Assembly (NCBI RefSeq): GCF_963921235.1
Contig: NC_086097.1
Coordinates: 136,526,001 to 136,590,000 of the forward strand
Origin: Mobula hypostoma
Taxonomy: Eukaryota
Reading direction: 5' to 3'
Length of the DNA: 64,000 bases
Shown: positions 1 through 11,365 of the stretch, one piece after another
Position numbering within the stretch: the first letter of the stretch is position 1
Layout of the letters: every line of letters begins with the position of its first letter
The notes under the pieces: generated by a model
The model's input: only the letters and a program-made list of their open reading frames with translations
What the model was told of the DNA's origin: nothing
The model's database searches: none
Made by a program: the position numbers and the translations under genes

Positions 1-2284
1 CAAAAGCTGGAAAAATGAAATTGAAATATGGTCTCATATTGCAGAACTGGAGAAGACGAAGCATACCTTGGCTGTTGTCAGGAAGAGCGAGAGAGACTGT
101 GATGGGAATTTCGGTGGAAGACTTGAACAAAGGTGACGCTATGAATAGGCTAATAAATCCACGTGACTTTTTTTTGAAGGAAGAAAAGGATCGGATTTAT
201 GAGGCATATTCAGACTTTGACAAAATTTACAGAGAAAATTCTAAAGATATGGCTGATTATGTTATTGATTTTGAACTAAAGTACAGTCGCATGCAGAAAT
301 ACAAAGTGGAACTTCCTGACACTGCATTAGCTTTTAAATTGTTGGTACTGCATGTCTAGACATAAAGGACAGATAGCTTGCGTTAACTGCATGCACAGAA
401 CTTACACTTGCATCTATGAAATCAGCACTGAACAGGATTTTTGGAGAAAAGTCCATTAAGACAACAGTCCAGTTTGAGTCAGGAAATGGCATACTTCACT
501 GAGCAAAACAAGATTATAGCGAGCGTAGATCCAACAGTGACCAGACAAGGGAACCATTACCTGCCACAAGTCCAATAAGCAAGTGTGGTGGGAGATCGAA
601 ATGTGCGGTATCTCAAAGTACTTACCACGAGGCAAGAAACTGTCTGCACAGAACTGAACAAGTTAGGCTAACTGAAGAAATTAACAAATCTGAAGATGTA
701 GAAGAGTGCCATATCACATTGTTTGCAAAGGAATCACTCGCTAATAAGCAGATATCTGAGGGAGAGATTTTGATGATAGAATCTCTAGGATCTGCTGTTA
801 CTGGTGCACACACACAGAGCGGAGAAAAATGGCTTGAAAGCTATGTAAGTGAACAAAACCAGAATAAAATGCAGAAACTGGTGAACACAGATACACCTAG
901 TAACAAAGCATTCACATTTGGAGATGGAAAGATTATACATTCTACCAAAAGAGTGAAAATTCCTGCAAAACTAGGGCAGACAAAATGTTACATTGAATTG
1001 GAGATGGTACTAGTGAACATTCCATTACTCTTTAGTAAAACTTCCCTCAAGAAACCTGAAGCAGTGCTGGATATGGAGAATGACCAGGCAACAATGAATC
1101 TACAGCCAGTGCCTCTTGAGCTCACCAGCTCCAGACATTACTGTGTGAACATTCTAGATAAAGATTTACTGAGAACCATTGTGAGAATGCAGTACTAACT
1201 GTCACACAAAACAAGACCACAGATGTGAAGTGTAAAGTATTGTTCAAACTTCACAAGCAGTTTGGAGACACTTCAATTGAAAGACTTTGGAGACTGCTCA
1301 GGTATTCAGGAAACAAAGACACAGATTGTTTTTCCACTGCAAAGCAGATAATTGACAGCTGTGAGATGTGCCAGAAGTTTAGAAAGCCCAAGCCCGTGCC
1401 TGTGCTTGGTCTGCCACCAGCATCTGAATACAATGAAACAGTAGCCATAGACCTACATGAACTGGAGCAAGGAGTGTGGTATCTGCACATCATTGATGAG
1501 TTCACATAAATACCTCAGAGATAGTAAAAAATCTTCATCTGTTCCTGGATAAGTGTGTATGGCCCACCTCAGAAAGTATTCAGTGATAATAGTCCTGAAT
1601 TTAGTAAAGATGAGTGCAGAGATATGGCAGAGAACTTGCACATTGAAACAAAGACAACAGCGGCATATAGTCCTTGGAGTAATGGACTTCTGGAGTGAGA
1701 CAATTGAACATTAACTGAAATAATACTGCAGGTATAGAAAAGCAATGGTTGTGATTGGAACACATCCCTGGACTGGGCCCTTATTGTGAAGAATACCAAG
1801 CACAATGTACATGGCTATAGCCCGTATAAATTGGTATTCGGCCAGAATCCAAACCTTCCCTCTGTACTGGTTGACAGCTTACCTGCTCTAGAGGGCACTA
1901 CAAGGAGTGAGTGGGTTGGGAAACATAGTTCAGATTGCATGCATCAAGGAAGGCTTTCTCTGAGGTAGAGTGTTCAGAGAGAATTCACAGAGCACAGAGG
2001 CACAGGGCACAGGTCCGTCCTACAAATGACAAATATGACACGGGGACAAAGTGTATTACAGAAGAGCAGACCGTACAAAAAGGAGAGGTCCTGAAGTTGT
2101 TATTGGTCAGGATGGAGTTGTGGTATTGGTGAGAAATGGAGGTACATATGTGAGAGTGCATCGTTCCAGACTACATAAGGCACAAACTGAAGACCATCAG
2201 ACTTCATGGAGAATGACACAAAACATTGAAAAGCACTGCCAATCATCTGGATGGATTGTACCATATACAAGCACATCGAGGTAG
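1..2284 (+). mobile_element. Degenerate Ty1/copia LTR retrotransposon internal region (gag - zinc knuckle - protease - integrase), GalEa-like; truncated before RT
   Basis: Gag-like ORF 15-359. Degenerate CX2CX4HX4C knuckle CAVSQSTYHEARNC at 602-643. Protease region with FTFGDG and IPLLFS (719-1198). Integrase LHKQFG..CEMC, VAIDLHE, GPPQKVFSDNSPEF (1561-1602), TTAAYSPWSNGLLE and C-terminal GPEVVIGQDG..VRVHRSRL. Protease is followed directly by integrase, which is the copia domain order. Many stops and frameshifts. Confidence 0.85.
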
Positions 2285-2389
2285 TATTGTGCTAACGGTT
2301 CAGTGAGTTATGAGAGAAGACTACATTGTGGGCATCACTGGAGCGGAAAAATTAAACTGAGCAACTCCTTCACCTCAAGGTGAAATTAG

Positions 2390-2822
2390 GCTTTCCTTCT
2401 GTATTGGTTAACAGGGCTCTCAACCCCAGCTTTTCCACAGCTCACAATTCTGCCCTAATCTCTCTCCTCGCCAACAGCAAAGAAAGGGTTCCCCTCATCC
2501 TATCTCACCCAACCAACCTCCATATACAAGAGATCATCCGTTGTAACTTTTGACAAGTTCAACAAGGTTGCACCATCAGACACCACTTCCACTCCAATCT
2601 ACCATTCACATTGTGTCAGGGCCATTCTCTTCAACACTCCCTGCTCTCTTCCCTTTGCTTATCTCTCCCATACCCTCACCCCACCCAATTCCACCTGTCC
2701 ATCACCCCTCCCCATCCAGTTCCACCTATCACCTACCAGAATTCTAGACTCCCTCCCACCTCCATACTACCATATCCTGGCAATCTTTCCACCCAGTACT
2801 GATGAGGGATCCCAAACCAAAA
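2390..2822 (+). mobile_element. Old Penelope-like element fragment
   Basis: 2425-2620 resembles the RVPLVVTYHPTSLRVQHII segment of the Penelope copy at 57.6 kb. It ends in a decayed pLTR motif (gtactgatgagggatcccaaacc). Confidence 0.6.
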
Positions 2823-2823
2823 T

Positions 2824-3400
2824 AGGACATAGAACATAGAAAACATACAGCACAATACAGGCCCTTCAGCCCATAAAGCTGTGCCAAACATGTCCCTACC
2901 TTAGAACTACCTAGGCTTTACATATAGCCCTCTATTTTTCTAAGCTCCATGTAGCCATCCAGGAGTCTTTTAAAAGACCCTATTGTTCCTACCTCCACCA
3001 CCGCCGCCAGCAGCCCATTCCACGCACTCACCACTCTCTGCGTAAAAAACTTACCCCTGACATCTCCTCTGCACCTCGTTCCAAGCACCTTAAAACTATG
3101 CCATCTCATGCTAGCCATTTCAGCCCTGGGGAAATAGCCTCTGACTATCCACACAATCAATGCCTCTCATTATCTTGTACACCTCTATCAGGTCACCTCT
3201 CATCCTCCGTCACTCCAAGGAGAAAAGGCCGAGTTCACTCAACCTATTCTCATTGGGTATGCTCCCAAACCAGGCAACATCTTTGTAAATCTCCTCTGCA
3301 CCCTGTCTATGGATTCCACGTCCTTCCTGTAGTGAGGCGACCAGGACTGAGCACAGTACTCCAAGCGGGGTCTGACCGGGGTCCTATATAGCTGCAACAT
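2824..3400 (-). mobile_element. CR1 LINE 3' end, 5'-truncated
   Basis: Minus ORF ...RGKFFTQRVVSAWNGL...SFKRLLDGYM is the CR1 ORF2 C-terminus. A short-repeat tail (catagaa) lies at the left end. Confidence 0.85.
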
Positions 3401-4384
3401 AACCATCTTCTGCCATCACAGGTGTAGCGTGCCTTGCTGAGTTCTTTTAACATTTTGTTTTTTGTTATCAGCTGTGATGAAATTCCCCAGTACTATCATG
3501 ATACAGATTCTCATCAGTAATGCAGGTGTGACTACCTGACATAAATGATTTCTTAAAAGTCAACTTTTTGATTAAAGATGGGACTTTTATACCTCATTAC
3601 ATCTGTTAATTATTTTCAAGTAGTGTCTAGTGTTTTAACTGTTCTGTTTTCTTTTTAAAGAGCACATTTAATGTTGTTAAATGGTATGTTTAAACCTATA
3701 TCTGTATCAGATATCAAACACTCTTTCATTTCCTTTTAGCAACCATATATTTTTTGTTATGTTTTTTCTCTCACTTCTGTATCAAGACCTGATACTTTGC
3801 CTATTATTCATGCACAGGATGTGGGTATTGTCTGCAACAGCATAATTTATTCCCCACACTGCTGGCCCACATATGAGAAAATGTAATATGCAGCTAAACT
3901 CTCAACAGGTCAGGCAGCATCTGTGGAGAAAGGAACTGCTCTGATGAAAGATAATGGAGCTGAAGCATTAACTGTTTCCCCCACTTACATTTATACAGTG
4001 TCTTGATAGATTAGAAACATCCCAGGGTGCTTCACAAAGGAAAAATAATAGTAAAATAATAAAAATAGTATAACTAATATAATAATAAAAGTAAAAATAA
4101 AATGGATTCTGGTTAAAATACAAAATGCTGGAAATACCCAGAATGTCAGGCAGCATATGTGGAGAGAGAAACAGAGTGAAAATGCTTGAGGTTGAAGACC
4201 CTTCATGAAAACAAACTGAACTAAATTGTTTCAGTAACTGATAGGAAGGGCTTATACCGCAGCAGGGTTAAGGTGGAGCTAGTTGGAAAGTTCATCATGA
4301 GGGCAGACACAAACAGAAGCTGACGGGCCAAATGGCCTCCTGCAGAGTGCAATGGAAAGTTAGGGAGATGGATTGCAGTAAACA

Positions 4385-5212
4385 ATTTAATGAAATCATA
4401 GAATCATTAAAGCACAGGAGGAGGCCATTCAGCCATCCTGTCTGTGCTGGCAGAGAGGGCAGACCGTTACTTCCTCAAAGGATTCCAACAGATTTGTCAA
4501 GCAAGATTTTCCCTCAGGAAAACCATACTGACTTTGGCCTGTTTTATCATGTGCCTCCAATTACCCTGAACTCTCATCCTTAATAATAGACTCTAATAGA
4601 GTCTATTAAATAGCGCCAATAGGCTGGTCCTGGACTTATTTCCATCTGGCATAGTTTGCATATTGTTGTTTGATTGTTTGTGGTTTTTGTATTGCTATAT
4701 TTATGCTCTATTCTTGGTTGGTGCAGCTGTAACAAAACCCAATTTCCCTCGGGATCAATAAAGTTTATCTATCTAATATCTGAAGTCAGATATTATTGAA
4801 GTCAAGCTAACTGGCTGATAATTTCCTGTCTATTTTCCTGTGTGGAGTGACATATGCAATTTTCCAGCCCTCAGGAACCGTTACAGATTCTGGTGACCCT
4901 GGAAAGATCACTACTAATGCCTTCATAATTTCTTCAGCTACCTCCTTCAGAACTCCGGTGTGTCGTCCACCTGGTCCAGATTACTTACTTACATACCTTC
5001 ATCTTCCCAAGTATCTTCTCTTATGGAATAGCCAGTACACTCACTTCTGCCCCCCGGCTCTCTTGAATTTCTGACATGTTGCTGGTGTCTTCCACAGTGA
5101 AGACTGATGCAAAATGCTTATTCAGTTTATCCACCATTTCCTTGTTCCTCATTACAGCCACCCCAGTGTCATTTTCCAGCAGTCCGACGTCCATTCTTGC
5201 TTCTAGGCTCAT
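4385..5212 (-). mobile_element. CR1 LINE fragments, interrupted at about 4609-4773
   Basis: Minus ORF ..NKEMVDKLNKHFASVFTVED.. is the CR1 ORF2 linker; nucleotide similarity to the CR1 at 37.2-37.6 kb. Confidence 0.75.
4609..4773 (+). mobile_element. Short LINE 3' tail (Rex1/Babar- or L2-type) inserted in the CR1
   Basis: Ends aatttccctcgggatcaataaagtt followed by (tatc)n; the CR1 sequence resumes afterwards. Confidence 0.6.
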
Positions 5213-5482
5213 GGAGTCATAGCATCATAGATCACTAAACACAGGAAAAGGCCCCTCAGACCATCTAGTCTGTGCCACACTATTAATCTGCTGGGTCCCA
5301 TTGAACTGCACCCGAACTATGGACCCTTCCATTCATGGTCCTACACAAATTTCTCAAAAATGTTGAAATCAAACTCATATCCACCACTTCCGCTGGCAGC
5401 TCATTTCACACTCTCACCATCTTCTGAGTGAAGAAGTTTCCCCTCATGTTCACCTTAAACATTTCACCTTTCACCCTTAACC

Positions 5483-7020
5483 CCCCTGCTCTATGCACTT
5501 TACACCTACAGTATGACTGTGTGGCTCAGTACAGCTCCAACACCATATTCAAGTGTGCTGATGTTGTGGGCTATGTCAAAGGTGGTGATGAATCAGCATA
5601 CAGGAGAGAGATTGAAAACTTGGCTGAGTGCTGTCATCACAGCGACCTCTCACTCCGAGTTGGCAAGACCAAGGAACTGATCCAGCAGGAAGAAGAATCT
5701 CCATTGTATGTGGTGGGATGCAACCTCAATGGCTCTCCACACGGCTTTAGGCCACCTGGACAACACAAACACCTACATCAGGATGCTGTTCATCAACTAT
5801 AGCTCAGTATTTAATACCATCATTCCCACAATCCTAATTGAGAAGTTGTACAACCTGGGCCTCTGTACCTCCCTCTGCAAATGGATCCTCGACTTCCTAG
5901 CCAGAAGACCACAATTTGTGCTGATTGGTGATAACATATTCTCCTCACTGACAATCAACACTGGTGCACCTCAGGGGTGTGTGCTTAGCCCACTGCTCTA
6001 CTCTCTATATACCCATGACTGTGTGGCTAGGCATAGCTCAAATACCATCTACAAATTTGCTAACGATACAACCATTGTTGGTAGAATCTCAGGTGGTGAC
6101 GAGAGGGTGTACAGGAGTGAGATATGCCAACTACTGAAGTGGTGCTGCAGCAACAACCTGGCACTCAACGTCAGTAAGATGAAAGAGCTGATTATGGACT
6201 TCAGGAAGAGTAAGACAAAGGAACACATACCAATCCTCATAGAGGGATCAGAAGTAGAGAGAGTGAGCAGTTTCAAATTCCTGGGTGTCAAGATCTCTGA
6301 GGATCTAACCTGGTCCCAACATATCAATGTTGTTATAAAGAAGAAAAGACAGCGGCTATACAGTACTTTATTAGGAGTTTGAAGAGATTTGGCATGTCAA
6401 CAAATACACTCAAAAACTTCTATAGTTGTACCATGGAGAACATTCTGACAGGCTGCATCACTGTCTGGTATGGAGGGGCTTCTGCACAGGACCGAAAGAA
6501 GCTGCAGAAGGTTGTAAATCTAGTCAGCTCCATCTTGGGCACTAGCCTACAAAATACTCAGGACATCTTTAGGGAGCAGTATCTTAGAAAGGCAGCATCC
6601 ATTATTAAGGACCTCCAAAACCCAGGACATGCCCTTTTCTCACTGTTACAATCAGGCAGGACGTACAGAAGCCTGAAGGCACACAGTCAGCGATTCAAGA
6701 ACAGCTTCTTCCCCTCTGCCATCCGATTCCTAAATGGACATTGAATCTTTGGAAACTACCTCACTTTTTTAAAAATATACGGTATTTCTGTTTTTGCACA
6801 TTTATTTTTAAAATCTATTCAATATACGTAATTGATTTACTTGGTTATTTATTATTATTTTTTATTTTATCTATTTTTTTTTCTCTCTGCTAGATTATGT
6901 ATTGCATTGAACAGCTGCTGCAAAGTTAACAAATTTCACATCACATGCCGGTGATGATAAACCTGTTCCTGATTCTGATTTTGACATGTATGTACTCTGA
7001 TAATAAATTTTGCTTTGAAA
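5483..7020 (+). mobile_element. Rex1/Babar-type LINE RT and 3' end (a younger copy at about 5720-6980 inside an older Rex1-type fragment)
   Basis: ORFs 5708-6382 and 6379-6744 contain [42 protein letters not shown] (catalytic ADD mutated), FKFLGV and RFKNSFFPSAIRFLN. Tail gataaacctg...attctgatt. Confidence 0.9.
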
Positions 7021-7793
7021 TTTAACCCATAATCTCTAGCTCTAGTCTCACCCACCCTCAGTAACAATTACCCTATACCCCTCATAATTTTATATACCTC
7101 TATCAAAATTCCCCTCATTCTCCTATGCTCCAGGGAATAAAGTCCTAACAGATTCAACCTTTTCCTGCAACCCAGGTCCTCAACTCTTGACAAATCCCTT
7201 GTAAATTTTCTCTGCACAGTTTCAACCTAATTGATATTTTTCCTGTAGATAGGTGACCAGAATTGCACACTATACTCCAAATTAGGCCTCACCAATGTCT
7301 TATACAAGTTCAAAATAACATCCCAATTCATGTACTTAATACTTTGTTTTATGAAGGCCAATGTGCCAAAAGCTCTCTTTCAACCCTATCTACCTGTGAT
7401 GCCACTTTCAAGGAATTAAGGATCTGTCTTCCCAACTCCCTTTGTTTTACCGCATTCCTCAGTGCCCTACTGTTCACTGTGTAAGTCCTACCCTGGTTTG
7501 TCCTCCCAAAGTGCAACACCTCACACTTATCTGCATTAAATTCCATCTTCCATTTTTCAGCCCATTTTTCCAGCTGGTCCTAATTCCACTACATGCTTTG
7601 ATAGTCTTCCTCACTGTCCACTACATCCCAATCTTGTCCAATGTGCTGATCCAGTTTTCTACATTATCGTCCAGATCATTGATAAACAACAATGGACCCA
7701 GCACCCATCCTTGCACCACTCTACTTGTCACAGGCTTCCAGTCAGAGAGGCAATCATCCACTACTGCTCTCTGGCTTCTCCCACAAAGTTAAT

Positions 7794-8302
7794 TGTTACG
7801 GGGAAGCAGATTCGGTAAGTGGGACAGAAGACACCAACTACAACTAAGCGCATTAACTATTTATTCACAAGACAAGCAGTGAAGCACTCAACCAAGCATC
7901 TAAGTCAAACAAGCTCCCTAACATCCCTAAGACACTAAGCAGTCAATATTTTTTCAAGTTAAACTTGGTTACAGATATGTACTTGTCTTAACTGGGTGCC
8001 CAAAACAGACTAAACATAAAAACAGTGGCGAATTCTTAACTAAAGTGTGCGCACAGGCCTACTGCACTACAGCATACCCCCACTGTTTAACATTCCCACA
8101 GCACCCCCATCTACTGGTCCACGGTGACTCGAGAGGAAAAGGGACCACGTGTACACATGCTAGATTTAAATCCTACCAGTGCCGTGACGTCGACAGCTAG
8201 TGGGAGGGGCTGCAATGCTCCTTACAGTAGCCACTCCCCGCCTCCAACTGGGGAATGGCTTTTGATGAGCAGGTAAGTCAAGACACTTACTGCAACAGCA
8301 AC
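7794..8302 (-). mobile_element. LTR retrotransposon remnant: 433-bp LTR (7794-8226) with polypurine tract, Gypsy-like
   Basis: On the minus strand, GGAGGCGGGGAGTGGCTAC precedes TGTAAG (8226) ... GTAACA (7794), giving TG..CA ends. An AATAAA-like signal lies near 7860. The element interrupts the CR1. Confidence 0.65.
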
Positions 8303-8529
8303 TTCTAATCCAATTTACTACTTCAGCATGAATGCCAAGCGACTGAAGCTCCTTAACCAACCTTCCATGTGGGGCATTGTCCATGTAGACAACATCTATT
8401 CCCTTGCCTTCATCAACTTCCCTGGTAACTCCCACAAAAAAACTCTATAAGATTGGTTCGACATGACTTACCATGCACAAGGCTTATCCTTAATCAATCC
8501 TAGTCTATCCAAATACTTGTATCACAAAA

Positions 8530-8990
8530 GTAATTCCAGGATTGAGTGGCTTGTCGTATGAAGAGCATTTGATGGCTCTAGGCCTATATTCGCTAGAACT
8601 CAGAAGAATGAGGGGTGACCTCACAGGAAACCTATTGAACGGTGAAAGACCTTGATAGAGTGGATGTGGACAGGATGTTTGCTATGGTGGGAGAGTCTAA
8701 GACTTGAGAACACAGCCTCAGAATAAAGGGGTGTCCTTTTAGAATGGAGATGAGGAGGAATTTCTTTAGCCAGAGTGTGGAATTCTTTGCCACAGGCAGC
8801 TGTGGAAGCCAAGCCTTAATGTACTTAAGCTAGAGGTTGATAGATTCTTCATTTGTCAGGGTTTAAAGGGAAATGGGGAGAAGGCAGTAGATTGGGTCTG
8901 AGAGAAAAATTGGATCAGCCATGATGAAATGGTGAAGCAGACACAATAGGCCAAATGGCCTAATTCTGGTCCTGTATCTTATGGTCTTAT
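8530..8990 (+). mobile_element. CR1 LINE 3' fragment
   Basis: High nucleotide similarity to 13860-14325 (gtggatgtggacaggatgttt...ggccaaatggcctaattct...tcttatggtctt). Confidence 0.85.
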
Positions 8991-9607
8991 AAATGGTCCC
9001 TTAGAATACTTTCAATAACTTAACCACTACTGATGTCAGACTCAGCACCCTATAATTTCTCAGTTTATTCTTAGAACTTTTCATAAACAACATTAGCTAT
9101 ACTCCAATCTTCTGCCACTTCAGCCGTTGGTAAGGATGTTTTAAATATCTCAGCTAGGCCCATTAGAATTTCTACACTAGCCTCCTCCAAGGTCTGAGGG
9201 AACAGCTTGTCAGATCCTGGAGATTTATCCACCCTATTTTGTCTCAAGACAGTAAACTCATCCCAGTATACCGTCCATGACCTCCCTGCTGTTTTGCCTC
9301 ACTTCTATGGATTCTCTGTCAGAATGAAAAGCAAGGACCAATTAAACCAACTTTCGGAATTGAATGACCTTGCCTGGTGTTTCAGGGCTGGGTGTGTCTG
9401 CACCTGCATCATCCAATGCCCCTGGCACTCTTTCTCTGCCAACAGTCCCACACCCCTCTCACAACGTGCCATCCTTGCCATTCCTAACATCCCTTGCTCC
9501 TTTCAGATTTACAAACTTGTTCTCCCCTCCATGTTGACAAATACAGTACTGTACAAAAATCCTAGGCACCCTAACTCTATACATGTGCCCAAGACTTTTT
9601 CTCAGTA

Positions 9608-10270
9608 CTACAGAAGCAGAATTAGGCCCTTTGGTTCATTGAGTCTGCTCTACCATTTCATCATGACCGAACCGTTTCCCTCTCAACAGCATTCTCCTCG
9701 TAATCTTTTGTGCTCTGACTAATGAAGAACCTGTCTAAAATACACCCAATGACCTGGCCTCTACAGTCATCACCTATGGCAATGAATTCCACAGATTCTC
9801 CACCCTCTGGCTCTATTCTGAGCCTGTGCCCTCTGGTCCTAGACTCGCCCACCAGCAGAAACATCCTCTCCACAGCCATTGTATCTAGGCCTTTCAACAT
9901 TCAACAGGTTTCCATGCGATCCTCCTTCATTCTTCTTAATTCCAGCGAGTATCGGGCCAGAGCCATCAATCGTTCCTCACATGATAAGCCTTTCATTCTA
10001 GGAACCATTCTCACAAACCTCCTCCAAACCCTCTTTCTTAAATAAAGGGCCCAAAACTACTCACATTATTCCAAGTGAGGCCTCAGCAGTGCCTGGTAAA
10101 GCCCCATCATTACATTATTGCTTTTATAATTCTAGTCCTCTAGAAATGAGTGCTGCCATTGCATTTGACTTCCTCACCACCACTTCAATCTGCAAATTAG
10201 GGAATCCTGCACCAGGACTCACAAGTCCCTTTGCACTTCGGATTTTTGAATTTTCTCCCCGTTTAGGAAT
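9608..10270 (-). mobile_element. CR1 LINE 3' fragment
   Basis: Minus ORF MLKGLDTMAVERMFLLVGESRTRGHRLRI; CR1-type 3' UTR. Confidence 0.8.
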
Positions 10271-10699
10271 TAGTCTATGGTTAAACCATTTAGAGTGAAG
10301 AAGAACAGAGAGATATTGAGCTGAGCGATAGGGCATCTTCACTCTTTGCGACCTCCCTTGTCATAGTCTTCCCTCAGACCACATGAGGTCGCCATCTCCT
10401 GTGGGAACTGCTGTCTGCCGCTCAGCTCTCGCCTGGTTCATGGTGAATCGTAAAGCACGTCTTGTGCCCACCTTCCAGCCAAGCCGTCTCTTTCACAAGT
10501 CTACGACCAACCATTCCTGAGACTCAGGTATTAACTGGCACAAGTGAGCGACGTGTCCCACCCACCGTTGCACCTTAAACCATTAGGCCCCATTTTAAGG
10601 TAGCCTTACTATTAATGTACACCTTCATACACGTTTGCGAGTTGGGACCTAAGCCCTTACATTTTTAATAAAGTTGTTTTACTTTTCAAAAAGTTTTCA

Positions 10700-11092
10700 G
10701 TGACTTCAGAGAGCCCGGCGTTGCTTTAAGAGCGCCTTTCGGGGGCGGGGCGTTGACGTGATTTGTTTCGGGTTATTTTGATTGATTTTCAGGCTATGGA
10801 GTTCCTTCCCCACATGTTTTCTGCGGTGTGGGGTCTTTAATCTGGGACCGTCTCTAAACGAGTCACTGAAAAGTTTGGCCCTCTGCAGATTCCCCAAAAC
10901 TCTGAGTGGGTGGAGATTAATCCGTGTTTCTCTGTTGCCTAATCACTGTTAGCTCCACCTCAAACAGTACTTGAGCAGAGGAATTTGTCAGCACTTCTGT
11001 GAGTGCGAGACAGAAGTGGACCCGGAGTCTCCTGTCCTCTCCCTCTCACCCCCCGCCCCCCCAGGTCCTGGAATGAGAAGGATGCTCCGGGG
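10700..11092 (+). promoter_or_regulatory. Putative promoter / 5' UTR region of the syntrophin gene (GC box, CRE-like site, CpG-rich)
   Basis: GGGGCGGGGC at 10742-10751 is followed closely by TGACGTGA at 10754-10761. CpG density from about 10.7 to 11.45 kb is visibly higher than in the flanks. The region is non-repetitive and directly upstream of the first coding exon. The TSS cannot be determined. Confidence 0.55.
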
Positions 11093-11365
11093 ATGGCGTT
11101 GACGGCCAGGGTGCAAAGGAGCGGGCTGCTGGACGTCCTGGTGCGGGACACCTGGCACCGAGTGTTGGCCTCTCTGTACGACGAGACCCTGGTGTTGAGC
11201 TGTGACCAGGCGGCCGATCCCGCGGCATGGAACGGTGTGGCCAACGGGAACCAAGACGGCTCGCCGAGCCCGTGCGCAAGCCCTAGGGCCGGAGGGGTCC
11301 GCAATGCCTTCTCCGAGCTGCCCGAAAGTGTCAGCAACAGGAAGAGGAGCGTCAGGGTCATCAAG
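11093..11365 (+). CDS. SNTB1: Beta-1-like syntrophin, first coding exon (N-terminal half of split PH1 domain, start of PDZ)
   Basis: ATG in strong context (GGGATGG). Translation MALTARVQRSGLLDVLVRDTWHRVLASL...GVRNAFSELPESVSNRKRSVRVIK matches recalled SNTB1 motifs QRSGLLEVLVRDRWHKV and GVRTAF..PESISNQKRGVKVLK. Donor AAG|GTACTG, phase 0. Syntrophin family identity is firm; exact orthology is less so. Confidence 0.88.

Larger units (their letters stand above)
5215..8520 (-). mobile_element. CR1 LINE host copy split by nested insertions (pieces about 5215-5480, 7021-7790, 8303-8520; likely continues at about 8995-9260)
   Basis: Minus ORFs MEFNADKCEVLHFGRTN and EGKGIDVVYMD..PHGRLV are CR1 RT motifs. 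The sequence is collinear across the insertions. Confidence 0.75.

Noticed and set aside
5708..6744. Functional reverse transcriptase, retron or other RT-based system
   Set aside because: It is a 5'-truncated, frameshifted Rex1-type LINE with the catalytic motif mutated to FAND.
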